A DNA stretch of 64,000 nt from Hyphomicrobiales bacterium (lineage in GTDB: Bacteria; Pseudomonadota; Alphaproteobacteria; Rhizobiales; JAJFHC01). The notes beneath the pieces were generated by a model. The model had not been told where the DNA came from, did not search any database, and worked only from the letters and a program-made list of their open reading frames with translations. A program made the translations under genes and the position numbers. Below, one piece after another: positions 29,801 to 38,579 of this stretch (position 1 is the stretch's first letter; the number at the start of each line of letters is the position of its first letter). The stretch lies in contig CBDHYJ010000078.1 in the NCBI GenBank assembly GCA_965275905.1, positions 83,773 through 147,772 on the forward strand. Direction: 5' to 3'.

Positions 29801-32305
29801 GCGCGGGCCGTCGGGCCTGACGGGCACGGTCAGGGTGCGTTCGATCGAACGTCCGTTTGTGTCGGAAAGCCGGGCGGTGATCCTGGCCTCGAACAGGCGC
29901 GTGGATACCGGCAGGTCCGGTAATTCCAGGGAAAACCGGCCGTTGCCCTCGTCATCCGTGCGGCCGATGTCACCGAGCGGCTCGAGCAGCGGCCGAACAG
30001 AGTCGTCCGCCAGTCCGAACGTGTATCCGGGGAAAGCGGCCGGGCTGGTCTTGAGCGGCGTGACCTTCAGGTCGCCATCCATCGACAGTCCTGCCGCCGG
30101 TGCGCCGTAGAGGTAGCGGGCGGAAACCGACACGTCGGCCGGCGCTTCGCTCTCGATCTGCCTGGCGGCCGTCTTGAGGTCGAAGGCGAGCCGTTCCGGC
30201 TCGAAATCCTCGACAAGCACGGAGACCGCAGACAAAGGCTTGGCCTTGGGATCGGCATAGACGCTCATGCGCCAGGACCCGCGCATGGCGTTTCCAGCGA
30301 GGTCCAGACCGTAGGCGTAACCGCCAAGGCCCTCGGCCTTGAGCGTGACGCGCCTGTGCTCGACGCCGTCCGGACGCTCGACCACGAGGGTCAGCGGCAG
30401 GCCGGTGAGCGCGGTCGCCCTGGTATCGCGCGTCAGGGCCGTGAGGTGGACTGTCTCGCCGGGGCGGTACACCCCGCGTTCCGGTGTCAGGAAGACGTCG
30501 ACCGGCTTGGGTGCCGCGCGTCCCTTGACGCCGCGATCGGTCAGGTCGAAGGCGGACTTGCCGAGATCGAGGAACGCGTAATCGCCATCTGCGCCTTCGG
30601 CAACGAGCAGGCGCGGGGCCATTCCACCGGTGCCGCGGGCCAGACCCGGTTCGAACCTGAGGTATCCGCCGGTATCGGTTTTCGCCGTCCCGAGCACCTC
30701 GTTGTTGACGGCGACGAGGCGCACATTGACGTCGCCCTTCGCTTGGGCATCCGACAGCGCGCGCACGAAGACATGGACACCGTCGTTTCCGTTGAACGCG
30801 CTCAGACCAAGGTCGGTGACGATGAACCACTGGGTCGCAAGCGGACTCCAGCTGTCGCGCCGCCCGACCGCGGCCTTGGCGGTGATGACATAGACGCCGG
30901 GCTTCAGCGACTTCACGGCCTCCTCGATCGGAATGGCGGTGGTGACGTTCTCGTTGAGGACCTTGGAGACCTCGATCTCGCCTTCCCAGATCTTTTCGCC
31001 GGTCCTGTCACCGATCCGCTCGGTGCTGTACTGACTCAGCTGCTGGAGGAAATTGCGGTCGCGCAGGGTCGATGCCAGGGCGCGGTCGCCGACGTGATGG
31101 ATGCTGGCCTTGATCAGATCCGTATTGACCGAAACCACGGGGATCGTCGCGCCCTTGCCGCGCGGCAGTACGTAGGACTTGCCGGCAAAGCCGACGAACG
31201 GTGCGCGGTCACGGACGTAGACGGTCAGATCGGAGCTTTTTTCCAGGGTTTCGCCGTCCTGCGACGTCAGCCCGGCGCGGACACCGATTTCATAGCGCCG
31301 TCCGTGCGAAACGCCGTCGACGCAGATCTGGTTGTCCTTGCCTTCGATCGCGAGGTTGTTCACGTCCTCTACGGAGACGAACTGCGGCGCGTCCGTTCCC
31401 GAGGCGAGCGGGTCGGAGAAGACAACACAGATGCGGGGGTTCTGACTGTCGGAGTCGACCTTGTGTGAGAGGATGCGGAAACCGTGCTGGGCGACGGCGG
31501 TCTCGTAGGCCTTGCGCACACTGTCATTCTCACGCAGTGCGAGGCTGGCGCGGTAGGCGCGGATGGCCGGGCGCCAGACTGACCGGCGCTCGAGCGACAT
31601 GCCGATGACGTTGAGCGCCACGGCGCGCTCGCGGTTCGTTCCGGCACGCAGATACGCGCTGACTGCGGCGCCCGTTCCGCGCCGGGCGATTTCCTGGTTC
31701 TTGCGGTAGTTGTCCGCGCGCCAGTTGATCGAGGCGATGGCGAGCCGGGACCAGGCGTCCATACTGTCCGGATCGCGCGCAATCGCGCCGGCATAGGCGT
31801 TTGTCGCCGCCTGGAGGTTCTTCTGTCCGAATGCGACATCGCCGGCCTGGATCAGGGCCAGGAACCCGTCATCGCCTGCGTTGCCGGCGTTTCTGACACG
31901 GGTCTCCACCTTGCGGGCCTCGTCCAGGAACCGTTTCGGCAGGAAGGTGAGTTCGCCCGTCCGCTGTTGTTTCAGTGTTTCGGCGGGGACGGCCGTCGTG
32001 ACGATGCGGCCTGATGTTGCACCGTTGAACTGGATGAGCTCGCCGAAATCCGACTTCAGAAAGCAGTGCTGTGCCTTCTCATTGTGCGTGAAGGCCTGGC
32101 AGGCGCCGTCTGAAACACAGGCCGATCGGCAGGCGTTGAGATCAATGTCAGCGATGTCGCGGTAGTCGAATCCCGGGTAGTCGGCATTCGGCGTGACGAT
32201 GGCGTCGCGGTCGGCGGCGCTCGCGTCCGACCCAATCAGGGTCATTGCGGTAACAACAGCGGGGATAAAGCAGACTCCACCCAGCCAACGGAGAAAGACC
32301 GTCAT
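26804..32305 (-). CDS. Bacterial alpha-2-macroglobulin with N-terminal PAN/apple-like and TPR-like regions
   Basis: 1833 aa; RGVYRPGETV, AAVDAGIL, thioester motif YPYGCAEQ, DPLPAGFEIEN, VEDMYRP. Confidence 0.95.
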   Translation of the reverse strand: MTVFLRWLGGVCFIPAVVTAMTLIGSDASAADRDAIVTPNADYPGFDYRDIADIDLNACRSACVSDGACQAFTHNEKAQHCFLKSDFGELIQFNGATSGRIVTTAVPAETLKQQRTGELTFLPKRFLDEARKVETRVRNAGNAGDDGFLALIQAGDVAFGQKNLQAATNAYAGAIARDPDSMDAWSRLAIASINWRADNYRKNQEIARRGTGAAVSAYLRAGTNRERAVALNVIGMSLERRSVWRPAIRAYRASLALRENDSVRKAYETAVAQHGFRILSHKVDSDSQNPRICVVFSDPLASGTDAPQFVSVEDVNNLAIEGKDNQICVDGVSHGRRYEIGVRAGLTSQDGETLEKSSDLTVYVRDRAPFVGFAGKSYVLPRGKGATIPVVSVNTDLIKASIHHVGDRALASTLRDRNFLQQLSQYSTERIGDRTGEKIWEGEIEVSKVLNENVTTAIPIEEAVKSLKPGVYVITAKAAVGRRDSWSPLATQWFIVTDLGLSAFNGNDGVHVFVRALSDAQAKGDVNVRLVAVNNEVLGTAKTDTGGYLRFEPGLARGTGGMAPRLLVAEGADGDYAFLDLGKSAFDLTDRGVKGRAAPKPVDVFLTPERGVYRPGETVHLTALTRDTRATALTGLPLTLVVERPDGVEHRRVTLKAEGLGGYAYGLDLAGNAMRGSWRMSVYADPKAKPLSAVSVLVEDFEPERLAFDLKTAARQIESEAPADVSVSARYLYGAPAAGLSMDGDLKVTPLKTSPAAFPGYTFGLADDSVRPLLEPLGDIGRTDDEGNGRFSLELPDLPVSTRLFEARITARLSDTNGRSIERTLTVPVRPDGPRIGIKPLFKDGSVDEGSTAGFDVIMMAPDGTKIASPKLSWTLEKVETSFQWYQENGRWNYERVSAARRVADGTVDVAADTPTRISAPVKWGRYRLQVASSGDSPTASSVEFSAGWYSADAATETPDFLDISFDRQKYRPGETAKLRINPRFAGTALIAVVDTGLIETRTVEVPAEGTTVDLAVTEKWGAGAYVTATLYRPMDIEAKRMPGRALGLQWLDVDPAGRDLQVAIDLPDETRPRGPLSIPVSISNLAADTEAYVTVAAVDAGILSLTGFKDPAPDDWYFGQRALGVEMRDLYGQLIDRTQGALGRIRSGGDGSAAGLKGPPPTQKLVAFYSGIVKVDADGKAEVTFDMPDFNGTVRVMAMAWSKDGVGHAGKDLLVRDPVVVLASLPRFLTPRDQSRLFVEVSNVSGKAGDHELSVSADDYVTIPDSDAGRTLSLEKDARTTVAIPVTADDVGTSNISVELTTPDGETFEKTLTLDVRYTDQPVIRRSIVTLAAGSGRVNIDTGLLDGFIAGTAAATVSVSPAGRLDVPGLLLALDRYPYGCAEQLTSRALPLVYLDDVSKAAGLAGDKKIKERVDEAIAGVLAVQSSNGGFGLWSPGDGDLWLDAYITDFLTRAAQKGYTVPAVAKDTALDNLSNRLSYANDFERGGEGIAYSLYVLARNGRATIGDLRYFAEVKLGAFSTPLAKAQIGAALALYGDRQRSASAFKAAVASFEENSDGQRSWRSDYGSHMRDQAAVLTLASETGQTGVDIARLASRISDERDRNIHTSTQENAWLLLAANALYRNAANFALAVDGEMTTEALFKRFDGDALGEKAVVVENRGDRDVEAIITATGIPQTLEPADANGFAIERSYFTPKGEPVDVKTVGQNDRFVVMLKVTAVEDKAGRLLIVDPLPAGFEIENPNLTQSGKPANYGWLEVDQTAVHVEARADRFVAAMNRKRGETTELRVAYTVRAVSPGRFSHPAATVEDMYRPDRRGRTAAGYVEVVGPLR

Positions 32306-32518
32306 TATGCGTCTCCCGTCAGATCAATATCCGGTGCTGCCCACAGGGTAGATGTCGTGTCGGGGCAGGTAAAGTTCAACCGTGCCGCTACTGCGGGGTG
32401 CCGGCCGCCGGTTGGTTATCGCGGGATAAAATGCGATTCGCGGCTTGTGTGCATCGTTCAGGCGGTTGACAATGCACGCCAACGAATGCGGCACCGAGGA
32501 GTAGAGGGGGTCACAACC

Positions 32519-33139
32519 ATGCAAAAGAACGAGGATATCGCATCAAGCGCTGCCGAGGGCGCGCAGGATGTTGAAAACCTGGCGCCGGCGGGCAACGGCG
32601 GCGCAGAGGGCGCCGGCGAAGCCGACCCCCGGGCGACGGCGCGGCAGGCGCTGAGCGCGAAAATGGCGGCGGCGGCTTTCGGCGAAATTGTCGCGCTCTT
32701 CATGCGGTCGCCGGGTCACAAGCACTACAGCCTTTCAGACCTCGAATGGATGGTTCTGCCGGCGGTCATGTCCAATCAGTTTGCTTTCGCCAACGCCAAG
32801 GCCAAGAACAATGCGTCCTTGTCGGTCCCGGTCGGCGTTGCGCTATGGGCCAGGGTCTCGGAGGAGGTCGACGCGGAGATTTCGTCAAATCTCGACCGAC
32901 CCTTGCGGTTGCGGCCGGATCAGTGGTCCAGCGGGGACATCAACTGGCTGGTCGACGTGATTGCGGGACCCGAAGTCGGCCGCGCTCTGGTGGACCAGTT
33001 GTCGCGTACCGCATTTGCGGGCAAGGAATTCAAGATGCGGGTCGCGGACAAGGAAGGCAACCGGACCGTCAGGACGATGCAGGGCGCGGATCCTGACGCC
33101 GCGGCAGAAGAAGAGAAGGCGGAAGCCGAAGAGGCGTAA
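32519..33139 (+). CDS. HlyC/CyaC-like toxin-activating lysine acyltransferase
   Basis: LFMRSPGH, LPAVMSNQF, ALWARVS, DQWSSGDINWLVDVIA. Confidence 0.85.
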   Translation: MQKNEDIASSAAEGAQDVENLAPAGNGGAEGAGEADPRATARQALSAKMAAAAFGEIVALFMRSPGHKHYSLSDLEWMVLPAVMSNQFAFANAKAKNNASLSVPVGVALWARVSEEVDAEISSNLDRPLRLRPDQWSSGDINWLVDVIAGPEVGRALVDQLSRTAFAGKEFKMRVADKEGNRTVRTMQGADPDAAAEEEKAEAEEA

Positions 33140-33183
33140 GCCTCCCCGTCCTCACGGATTGTCAAACGAAACGGGTTGACGAC

Positions 33184-35118
33184 TTAGCGCAGGGCCAGAC
33201 GCCGGCGGGAATTCGCGCTGTCGTTCTGTTCCATCGCCTGAACCAGGACACGGTCGCGGTCATAGACATCGTCGCGGAACTCGACGCGGCCGTCCTCGTT
33301 TGCCCATGCGGTGTAGTAGCCCAGATAGACCGGAATCTTGGTCTTCAGCTTGATTTCCTGGCGTTCGCCGCTTTCAATCGCATTCGCGACCCGGCTCCGG
33401 CTCCAGCCTTCCGACTGCATGATGACCTTGGCGAATTCAAGCGGCTTGGCGACACGGACACAGCCGTGACTGAACGTGCGCACCTTCCTGCTGAACAGGT
33501 TCCGGGCCGGCGTGTCGTGCATGTAGATGGCATGCTTGTTCGGGAACAGGAACTTGACGCGGCCAAGGGCGTTTTTCGGTCCGGGTGGCTGGCGGATATC
33601 GTACGGCATGGTCTCCGCGTCGAGGTCGTACCAGTCGATCGACGACGAGCTGCGGACTTCGCGGGTCTGTGTCACGACTTCGTAGCCGAGCCGGTCGAGA
33701 TAACTCGGATCGACCCGCAAATGCGGAAGATATTCGGCTCTTGCGATCGAACGCGGAATCCACCAGTAGGGGTTAAAGACGACGGTTTCCATTTCGTCCA
33801 TGAACACGGCGGTCTGGAACCGCGGCTTGCCGACGATGACATCCGAGCGGAAAATAACCTTGCCGGAGTCGATCAGCCAGGTCTTGAAGAAGGCCTGGTT
33901 GACGAAGACGTATTTGCTCTTCAGATCCCGCGGCAGCCAGCGCAGGCGCTCCATGCTGAGGCGGATCTTTTCGATCTGGCCGGTGACGGACTGGCCGTTC
34001 ATGGCGGTGATGGTGCGGCGACCGATGATCCCGTCGACACCAAGTCCCGCCTCGCGCTGGAACGCCTTCACCGCCTTGACCAGCGCTTCGTCATAGACAT
34101 TCGCGGGTGCGGTTTCGGCTGTCTCCTCGGACGTCGCAGCGGTTTCAGCGGTTTCTTCCGAAGTTATCGTCGACGAAGCCTGTTTGGCCCTGGCCGGCGC
34201 TTCGTACAGCCCGAGCTGCTCGAGGCGGGCGTGGATGAGTCCCATCCGGTCGTCGGTCGCGCCCGGACGGATGGTCGGTCCTGCCGGGATCCGGACAGTC
34301 GCGGCGTTCTCGGCCTGCTTGCGGAAATTGGCGAGAGCGGTCTTGAGCAGTCCGTATTGCGGCATTGTCGGTACCAGCGTGGCCAGATAGACCTGCGGGC
34401 GAACCGTTGCGTTCAGTTGCTTGAGCGCTTCGGCGGGCGACACCTCTTTGACCTTGAGGGTATGGATCTCGCTGATGCGGAACGGATCGACCGTGCCGGC
34501 CGTCATGTCCTGAACGTAGTCAAGCGCGGCCGCGGTCAGCTCGAGATCGAGCCGCGCCAGTGTCGACGGCGTGGCATCGGCGATTGCGGAATAGTCACCG
34601 TAGGCCGTCATCGTGGCCGGCAGGTAGTCGATCGACCGGAGGCCTTCTTCGTCGGCCTTTGCCAGCACGTCGAGGATGCGCTTGCCGCGTTCGCTGAGGC
34701 CGTAATCGCCGGTCCAGGCCGGTACGAAGCCCCTATCGCGATAGAACGAGAGGATGGCCGGCCGGTGTTCCTTGCGGACCCGTATCGCCTTTGCCGCCGG
34801 TGCGATCAGTTCGCTGTGCAGGGCGGTCGAGAAACTGTCCGTGCTCTTGGGAGGTTCGAGCTTGCGGTCGCGCAGCGCCACGCGCGGTTCTGGCGGCAAT
34901 GCCACGTCCCGGGCCCGGCTTTCGGTGGCCTCGACGACCGGCACTTCTTCCGCCAGGCGGCGGAAGTAATTGGATGCCGAGAAGTTGCCGGTGACGGATG
35001 CCGGCGGCTTGCCAAAGACGGTTTCCGGCGTCGGACGGTCCGCTTGGACCACTTCGGTACTCAAAAACAAACCTGCAGCCAGTACTGGCGCAAACAGGGT
35101 CATGGGGCGGCCGTGCAT
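33184..35118 (-). CDS. L,D-transpeptidase (YcbB/LdtD-like) with scaffold and peptidoglycan-binding domains
   Basis: AVKAFQREAGLGVDGIIG, MERLRWLP, QPPGPKNALGRVKFLFPN, YMHDTP, FSHGCVRV; GAGGAG RBS. Confidence 0.93.
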   Translation of the reverse strand: MHGRPMTLFAPVLAAGLFLSTEVVQADRPTPETVFGKPPASVTGNFSASNYFRRLAEEVPVVEATESRARDVALPPEPRVALRDRKLEPPKSTDSFSTALHSELIAPAAKAIRVRKEHRPAILSFYRDRGFVPAWTGDYGLSERGKRILDVLAKADEEGLRSIDYLPATMTAYGDYSAIADATPSTLARLDLELTAAALDYVQDMTAGTVDPFRISEIHTLKVKEVSPAEALKQLNATVRPQVYLATLVPTMPQYGLLKTALANFRKQAENAATVRIPAGPTIRPGATDDRMGLIHARLEQLGLYEAPARAKQASSTITSEETAETAATSEETAETAPANVYDEALVKAVKAFQREAGLGVDGIIGRRTITAMNGQSVTGQIEKIRLSMERLRWLPRDLKSKYVFVNQAFFKTWLIDSGKVIFRSDVIVGKPRFQTAVFMDEMETVVFNPYWWIPRSIARAEYLPHLRVDPSYLDRLGYEVVTQTREVRSSSSIDWYDLDAETMPYDIRQPPGPKNALGRVKFLFPNKHAIYMHDTPARNLFSRKVRTFSHGCVRVAKPLEFAKVIMQSEGWSRSRVANAIESGERQEIKLKTKIPVYLGYYTAWANEDGRVEFRDDVYDRDRVLVQAMEQNDSANSRRRLALR

Positions 35119-35406
35119 GACTCCCTCCTCAATAGTGCGAAGGCAATTTATAAAATTGCGCAGGGTTCGACAACCGTGGGCGCAATAGATCACCAAACCG
35201 TGTTCTTCCTGCAACTCTCGATAGTTACGTGACAATTCTGCAACAATCGTCACAATTGCCGCATTTCCGGCGCGACTCAGCGACATAAAGCCTGGTTATG
35301 CCGCGAATTGCCGCGATGGAGCGCGCGAACAACGAGAGATTCTTTGCGCGGATGATTCGGAATACTACAATCCGGCTCCATAACGTGCTGTGCCGGAGGC
35401 GGCAGA

Positions 35407-36690
35407 ATGACCGAGAATCAGGGAGAGCCGGGAGCAGGGGAACACGCCAACCTCACGCGCGTCGACATCTCCGATGTCTGCGAGACGCCGCTTCCCCCGG
35501 TCGGCAACATCTTCCGCAATCTCGGCATCTGGTTTCCGCTGTTCTTTGCGCCTTTCGCACTCTCCTTCGTCATCATGTTCATCGTGTCCACGCTGTTCAC
35601 CAGGGTGCCCGACGCCGTTTACATGACGATCTTCCTGGGCGTTACCGGACTGGGGATAATCTTCCTCCTGGCCCAGCTGCGCGGAGCCCAGGACTGGGTT
35701 TCGGGAGACACGATGCTGGGGGCGGAGATCGACTTCAACGCCGGCGAGCTGGGTCTCCGGATCGAGGTCTTCGACCGCACGCTGGGCGACATATTCCGGG
35801 ACGTGCACAAATATACCTCGTCCCGCTTCCCCATCGACGTGGCGTTCATCGAGCGATCCAGACGGAAGGCCTTCCTGTACAGGCTGCTCGCGGGCGCGGT
35901 TTTCGTGATCGCCTCGTTCACCGTGGTGGTCGACCCGGGGAACCTCGGCCTGGGCGCCAAATCCCTCCTCGGCGTGGTCGGTTTCGTGGCCGCACTGGCG
36001 GCAATCACCAAGGCGTCCAATATCTCGAAGCAGCACGCCCAGCCGTCATTCGAGGAACTCAGGGAGGCGGATGACCGCAAGCCGGTTCTGCTGCTGCGGT
36101 CGTTCAAGGACGACACGCTGATCGTTCTTAAGCGCTTCAAGCGCTGGCTGTGGCGGTATGACCGCGGGATCCGGTTCGAGCAGGCGATCGCCAACAGGTT
36201 CAGCCAGATCGGGCCCCTGATCGCGGTCAGCGCACCGGGCGAGAGCGTGCCGGAGCTCGGCGCGGCGCGCAAGCCTCTGGACGAGGCCGAATGGAAGCAA
36301 CAGGTCATGGGCTGGATGAACGAGGCGGCCCTGATCCCGATGATTGCCGGGCCGACGGAATGGATCCGGTGGGAGCTGAACCAGATCATCACCAAGAACC
36401 ACGTCGACCGGCTGTTCATTCTGCTGTCGTCCAAGAGGCTGACCCATCATCCGCCGCTCTGGGACCGGTGGTCCAACGTCATCGACTGCTTTGCCGGGAC
36501 GCCGTGGTACGCCGCGCTGGAGAAACTGGACCCGGAGCAGACCCTGCTTGTGTCGTTCGCGCCCGAAGGTCGCGTGTTCGCCGTGACATCGGAAGCCGGA
36601 GCCAACTACATGCGCGACTATCAGGTCGCGATCACGCTCGGGGTCTACCAGCGGTTCCTGCACCAGACAGACAGGTATACGGCTGAGTAG
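35407..36690 (+). CDS. Membrane protein (about four TM helices) with a C-terminal TIR/nucleoside-deoxyribosyltransferase-like alpha/beta domain (tentative)
   Basis: Hydrophobic helices, then VLLLRSFKDD, GPLIAVSAPGE..PELGAAR, W..V..W...A, WIRWEL. Confidence 0.65.
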   Translation: MTENQGEPGAGEHANLTRVDISDVCETPLPPVGNIFRNLGIWFPLFFAPFALSFVIMFIVSTLFTRVPDAVYMTIFLGVTGLGIIFLLAQLRGAQDWVSGDTMLGAEIDFNAGELGLRIEVFDRTLGDIFRDVHKYTSSRFPIDVAFIERSRRKAFLYRLLAGAVFVIASFTVVVDPGNLGLGAKSLLGVVGFVAALAAITKASNISKQHAQPSFEELREADDRKPVLLLRSFKDDTLIVLKRFKRWLWRYDRGIRFEQAIANRFSQIGPLIAVSAPGESVPELGAARKPLDEAEWKQQVMGWMNEAALIPMIAGPTEWIRWELNQIITKNHVDRLFILLSSKRLTHHPPLWDRWSNVIDCFAGTPWYAALEKLDPEQTLLVSFAPEGRVFAVTSEAGANYMRDYQVAITLGVYQRFLHQTDRYTAE

Positions 36691-36860
36691 GGATTGACGG
36701 CGCCGGGCCGCCGACAATCTATGCTAAGATCCGCGACATCGTGATCAGACGACGATCAACCTGACCCCAACCACAACAACCGTTTTGCACATTCCGTGAC
36801 AGGCGACCGCCGTTTCAGGGGCGTCCGTTCCCGCGCACTTCAACTCGCAAGGATTTTCTC

Positions 36861-37250
36861 ATGCCCTTCAACAAGCTTCATGTGCCGCAGACTCTTCCCG
36901 CCGAGACCTGTCACGCCATCAACGATCTGTTGCACGACAGTCTTGTCGAAACGTGCGGGGTGAACCCGGATGACTATTTCTGTCTCGTGTCGCGATACGC
37001 GGCAGACGACATGATCCTGCACCCGACCTTCCTGGGCCATCGCGATCCGGCATCGACGGTGGTTATCGAGATCGCCCTGCTTGCCGGACGATCAGACGAA
37101 CAGAAGGAAGCTCTGTTCAGGGACGTCCGCCATCGGCTCGGCGGGATCGATTTCAATCCGGATAACTCGATCATCTTCCTGATCGAGAACAACCCGATCG
37201 ACTGGTCGTTCAGCGGCGCCGGGTCCGTGAAGTCCGTGTTGGGTCTTTGA
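36861..37250 (+). CDS. Tautomerase-superfamily protein
   Basis: Pro-1 after Met; IEIALLAGRSDEQK; ENNPIDWSF. Confidence 0.85.
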   Translation: MPFNKLHVPQTLPAETCHAINDLLHDSLVETCGVNPDDYFCLVSRYAADDMILHPTFLGHRDPASTVVIEIALLAGRSDEQKEALFRDVRHRLGGIDFNPDNSIIFLIENNPIDWSFSGAGSVKSVLGL

Positions 37251-37402
37251 AGCTTCCCGTCATTGCCGGACCCTGGTCCGCCAACCGAGCAGGAATATTC
37301 AAATATTGCCCGGTTCTGTTCAATAACCGGGCGGCGTTCGTCTCCATCTCCAGTCCAACGACACATCAGTCCAACGACATATCGAGACCATGGAGACGAC
37401 AC

Positions 37403-37960
37403 ATGAAGAAGATTGCAGCGATTGCCATTGCATACGGATTGTCGGCCACATCCGCCCTTGCCGGCGAAAACCTGGCCGGCGACCCGGTTTCATCCGCCAC
37501 CGTTGCGGACCGCCTGGAACTGGTGAGGATCGCCGATGCGCTGGATGCGGCGGTCGACGCAAAGGACTGGACGCTCGCCCGGTCGTTCTTTACCGACCAG
37601 ATCAACGTCGACTTCACGTCGCTTGTCGGGGGTGAGCCGGCGCGGATACCGGCCGACGGCCTGATCGCGGGATGGTCGGCAAATCTCACGGAAGAAAAGA
37701 CCTCCTTCCATCTCCGCGGCAATCACCGGCTGACCTTCACCGGCTCCGACACCGCGACGATGCTGAGCCACGGCTATGCCTGGAACCGCATGGAGCGCGG
37801 GGCCGAGAAGGAGAACGGCGGAGAGGCGCTGTGGGAAGTCTGGGGCACCTACCGGCATGACTTCAAGCGGTCCGCCGACGGCTGGCGCATAACCGGCATG
37901 GCGTTCAACGCGACGGCACAGCGCGGCAACAGCTTCGTTCGCGATACCCCTGGCCGGTGA
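37403..37960 (+). CDS. Secreted SnoaL/NTF2-like protein
   Basis: Signal peptide MKKIAAIAIAYGLSATSALA; VDAKDW, FHLRGNH, WGTYRH, GWRITGM. Confidence 0.82.
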   Translation: MKKIAAIAIAYGLSATSALAGENLAGDPVSSATVADRLELVRIADALDAAVDAKDWTLARSFFTDQINVDFTSLVGGEPARIPADGLIAGWSANLTEEKTSFHLRGNHRLTFTGSDTATMLSHGYAWNRMERGAEKENGGEALWEVWGTYRHDFKRSADGWRITGMAFNATAQRGNSFVRDTPGR

Positions 37961-37978
37961 TCAACGGGCCTCGGCCGG

Positions 37979-38455
37979 TCATCCGAAGCTGAAGATATCG
38001 CCGATGTTTTCGATGATTGCGACGAGCAGAAGCACACCTGCGAGCAACAGGGCGGCCCACCAGAAGAAATGGAAGATGATCGCCGATGCGCCAAGGCCGG
38101 TGGCGTATGCCGGGTATCTCCAGTTTTCACGCCGAATGCCGGAGATCAGGGACAGGACGATGGCAACGACCCCGAGAATGGGCGCTGCGACCGCAAGGTA
38201 GTCCATTGCCGAGGCGGGCTCGGGAGCCGCGGTCTCGGTGGACAAGCCAAAGAACGATCGCCATGCGGAGCGCTTGATCTCTCCGGCAATTTCACCGATC
38301 TGGGTGCCGACAGACGGCTGTGGCTCCAGCGTGGGGCCAAAAACCTGGAAAATGACGAGAATCAGGGACGTTGCGCCGAACAGAACGGCCCAGAAACCCC
38401 ATCGTCTCAGCGGGCCAAGCGCGGCCGCATCGCTATTTGCAGTGTGTTCTCCCAT
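37979..38455 (-). CDS. Inner-membrane protein resembling YidI
   Basis: TM helices with FGP..P, EIKR and GIRREN motifs recalled from E. coli YidI. Confidence 0.6.
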   Translation of the reverse strand: MGEHTANSDAAALGPLRRWGFWAVLFGATSLILVIFQVFGPTLEPQPSVGTQIGEIAGEIKRSAWRSFFGLSTETAAPEPASAMDYLAVAAPILGVVAIVLSLISGIRRENWRYPAYATGLGASAIIFHFFWWAALLLAGVLLLVAIIENIGDIFSFG

Positions 38456-38579
38456 GCCGCTTCACGTAGTGAGGCTGTCTCGCGAAAACAAGATGCAGGG
38501 AAAATCGAGGCACGCCCTGGCGTCGAGCGGGGTTGTGCGCTGATGAATGGAGTTAACGGCCTGACGTCAGGTTTTCTGC

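Noticed and set aside
34100..34175. Short duplication TSEETAETA in the L,D-transpeptidase
   Set aside because: Two-copy low-complexity linker duplication, unlikely to be significant
36691..36860. Riboswitch or sRNA upstream of the tautomerase
   Set aside because: No recognisable aptamer consensus or terminator, and promoter spacing is unconvincing
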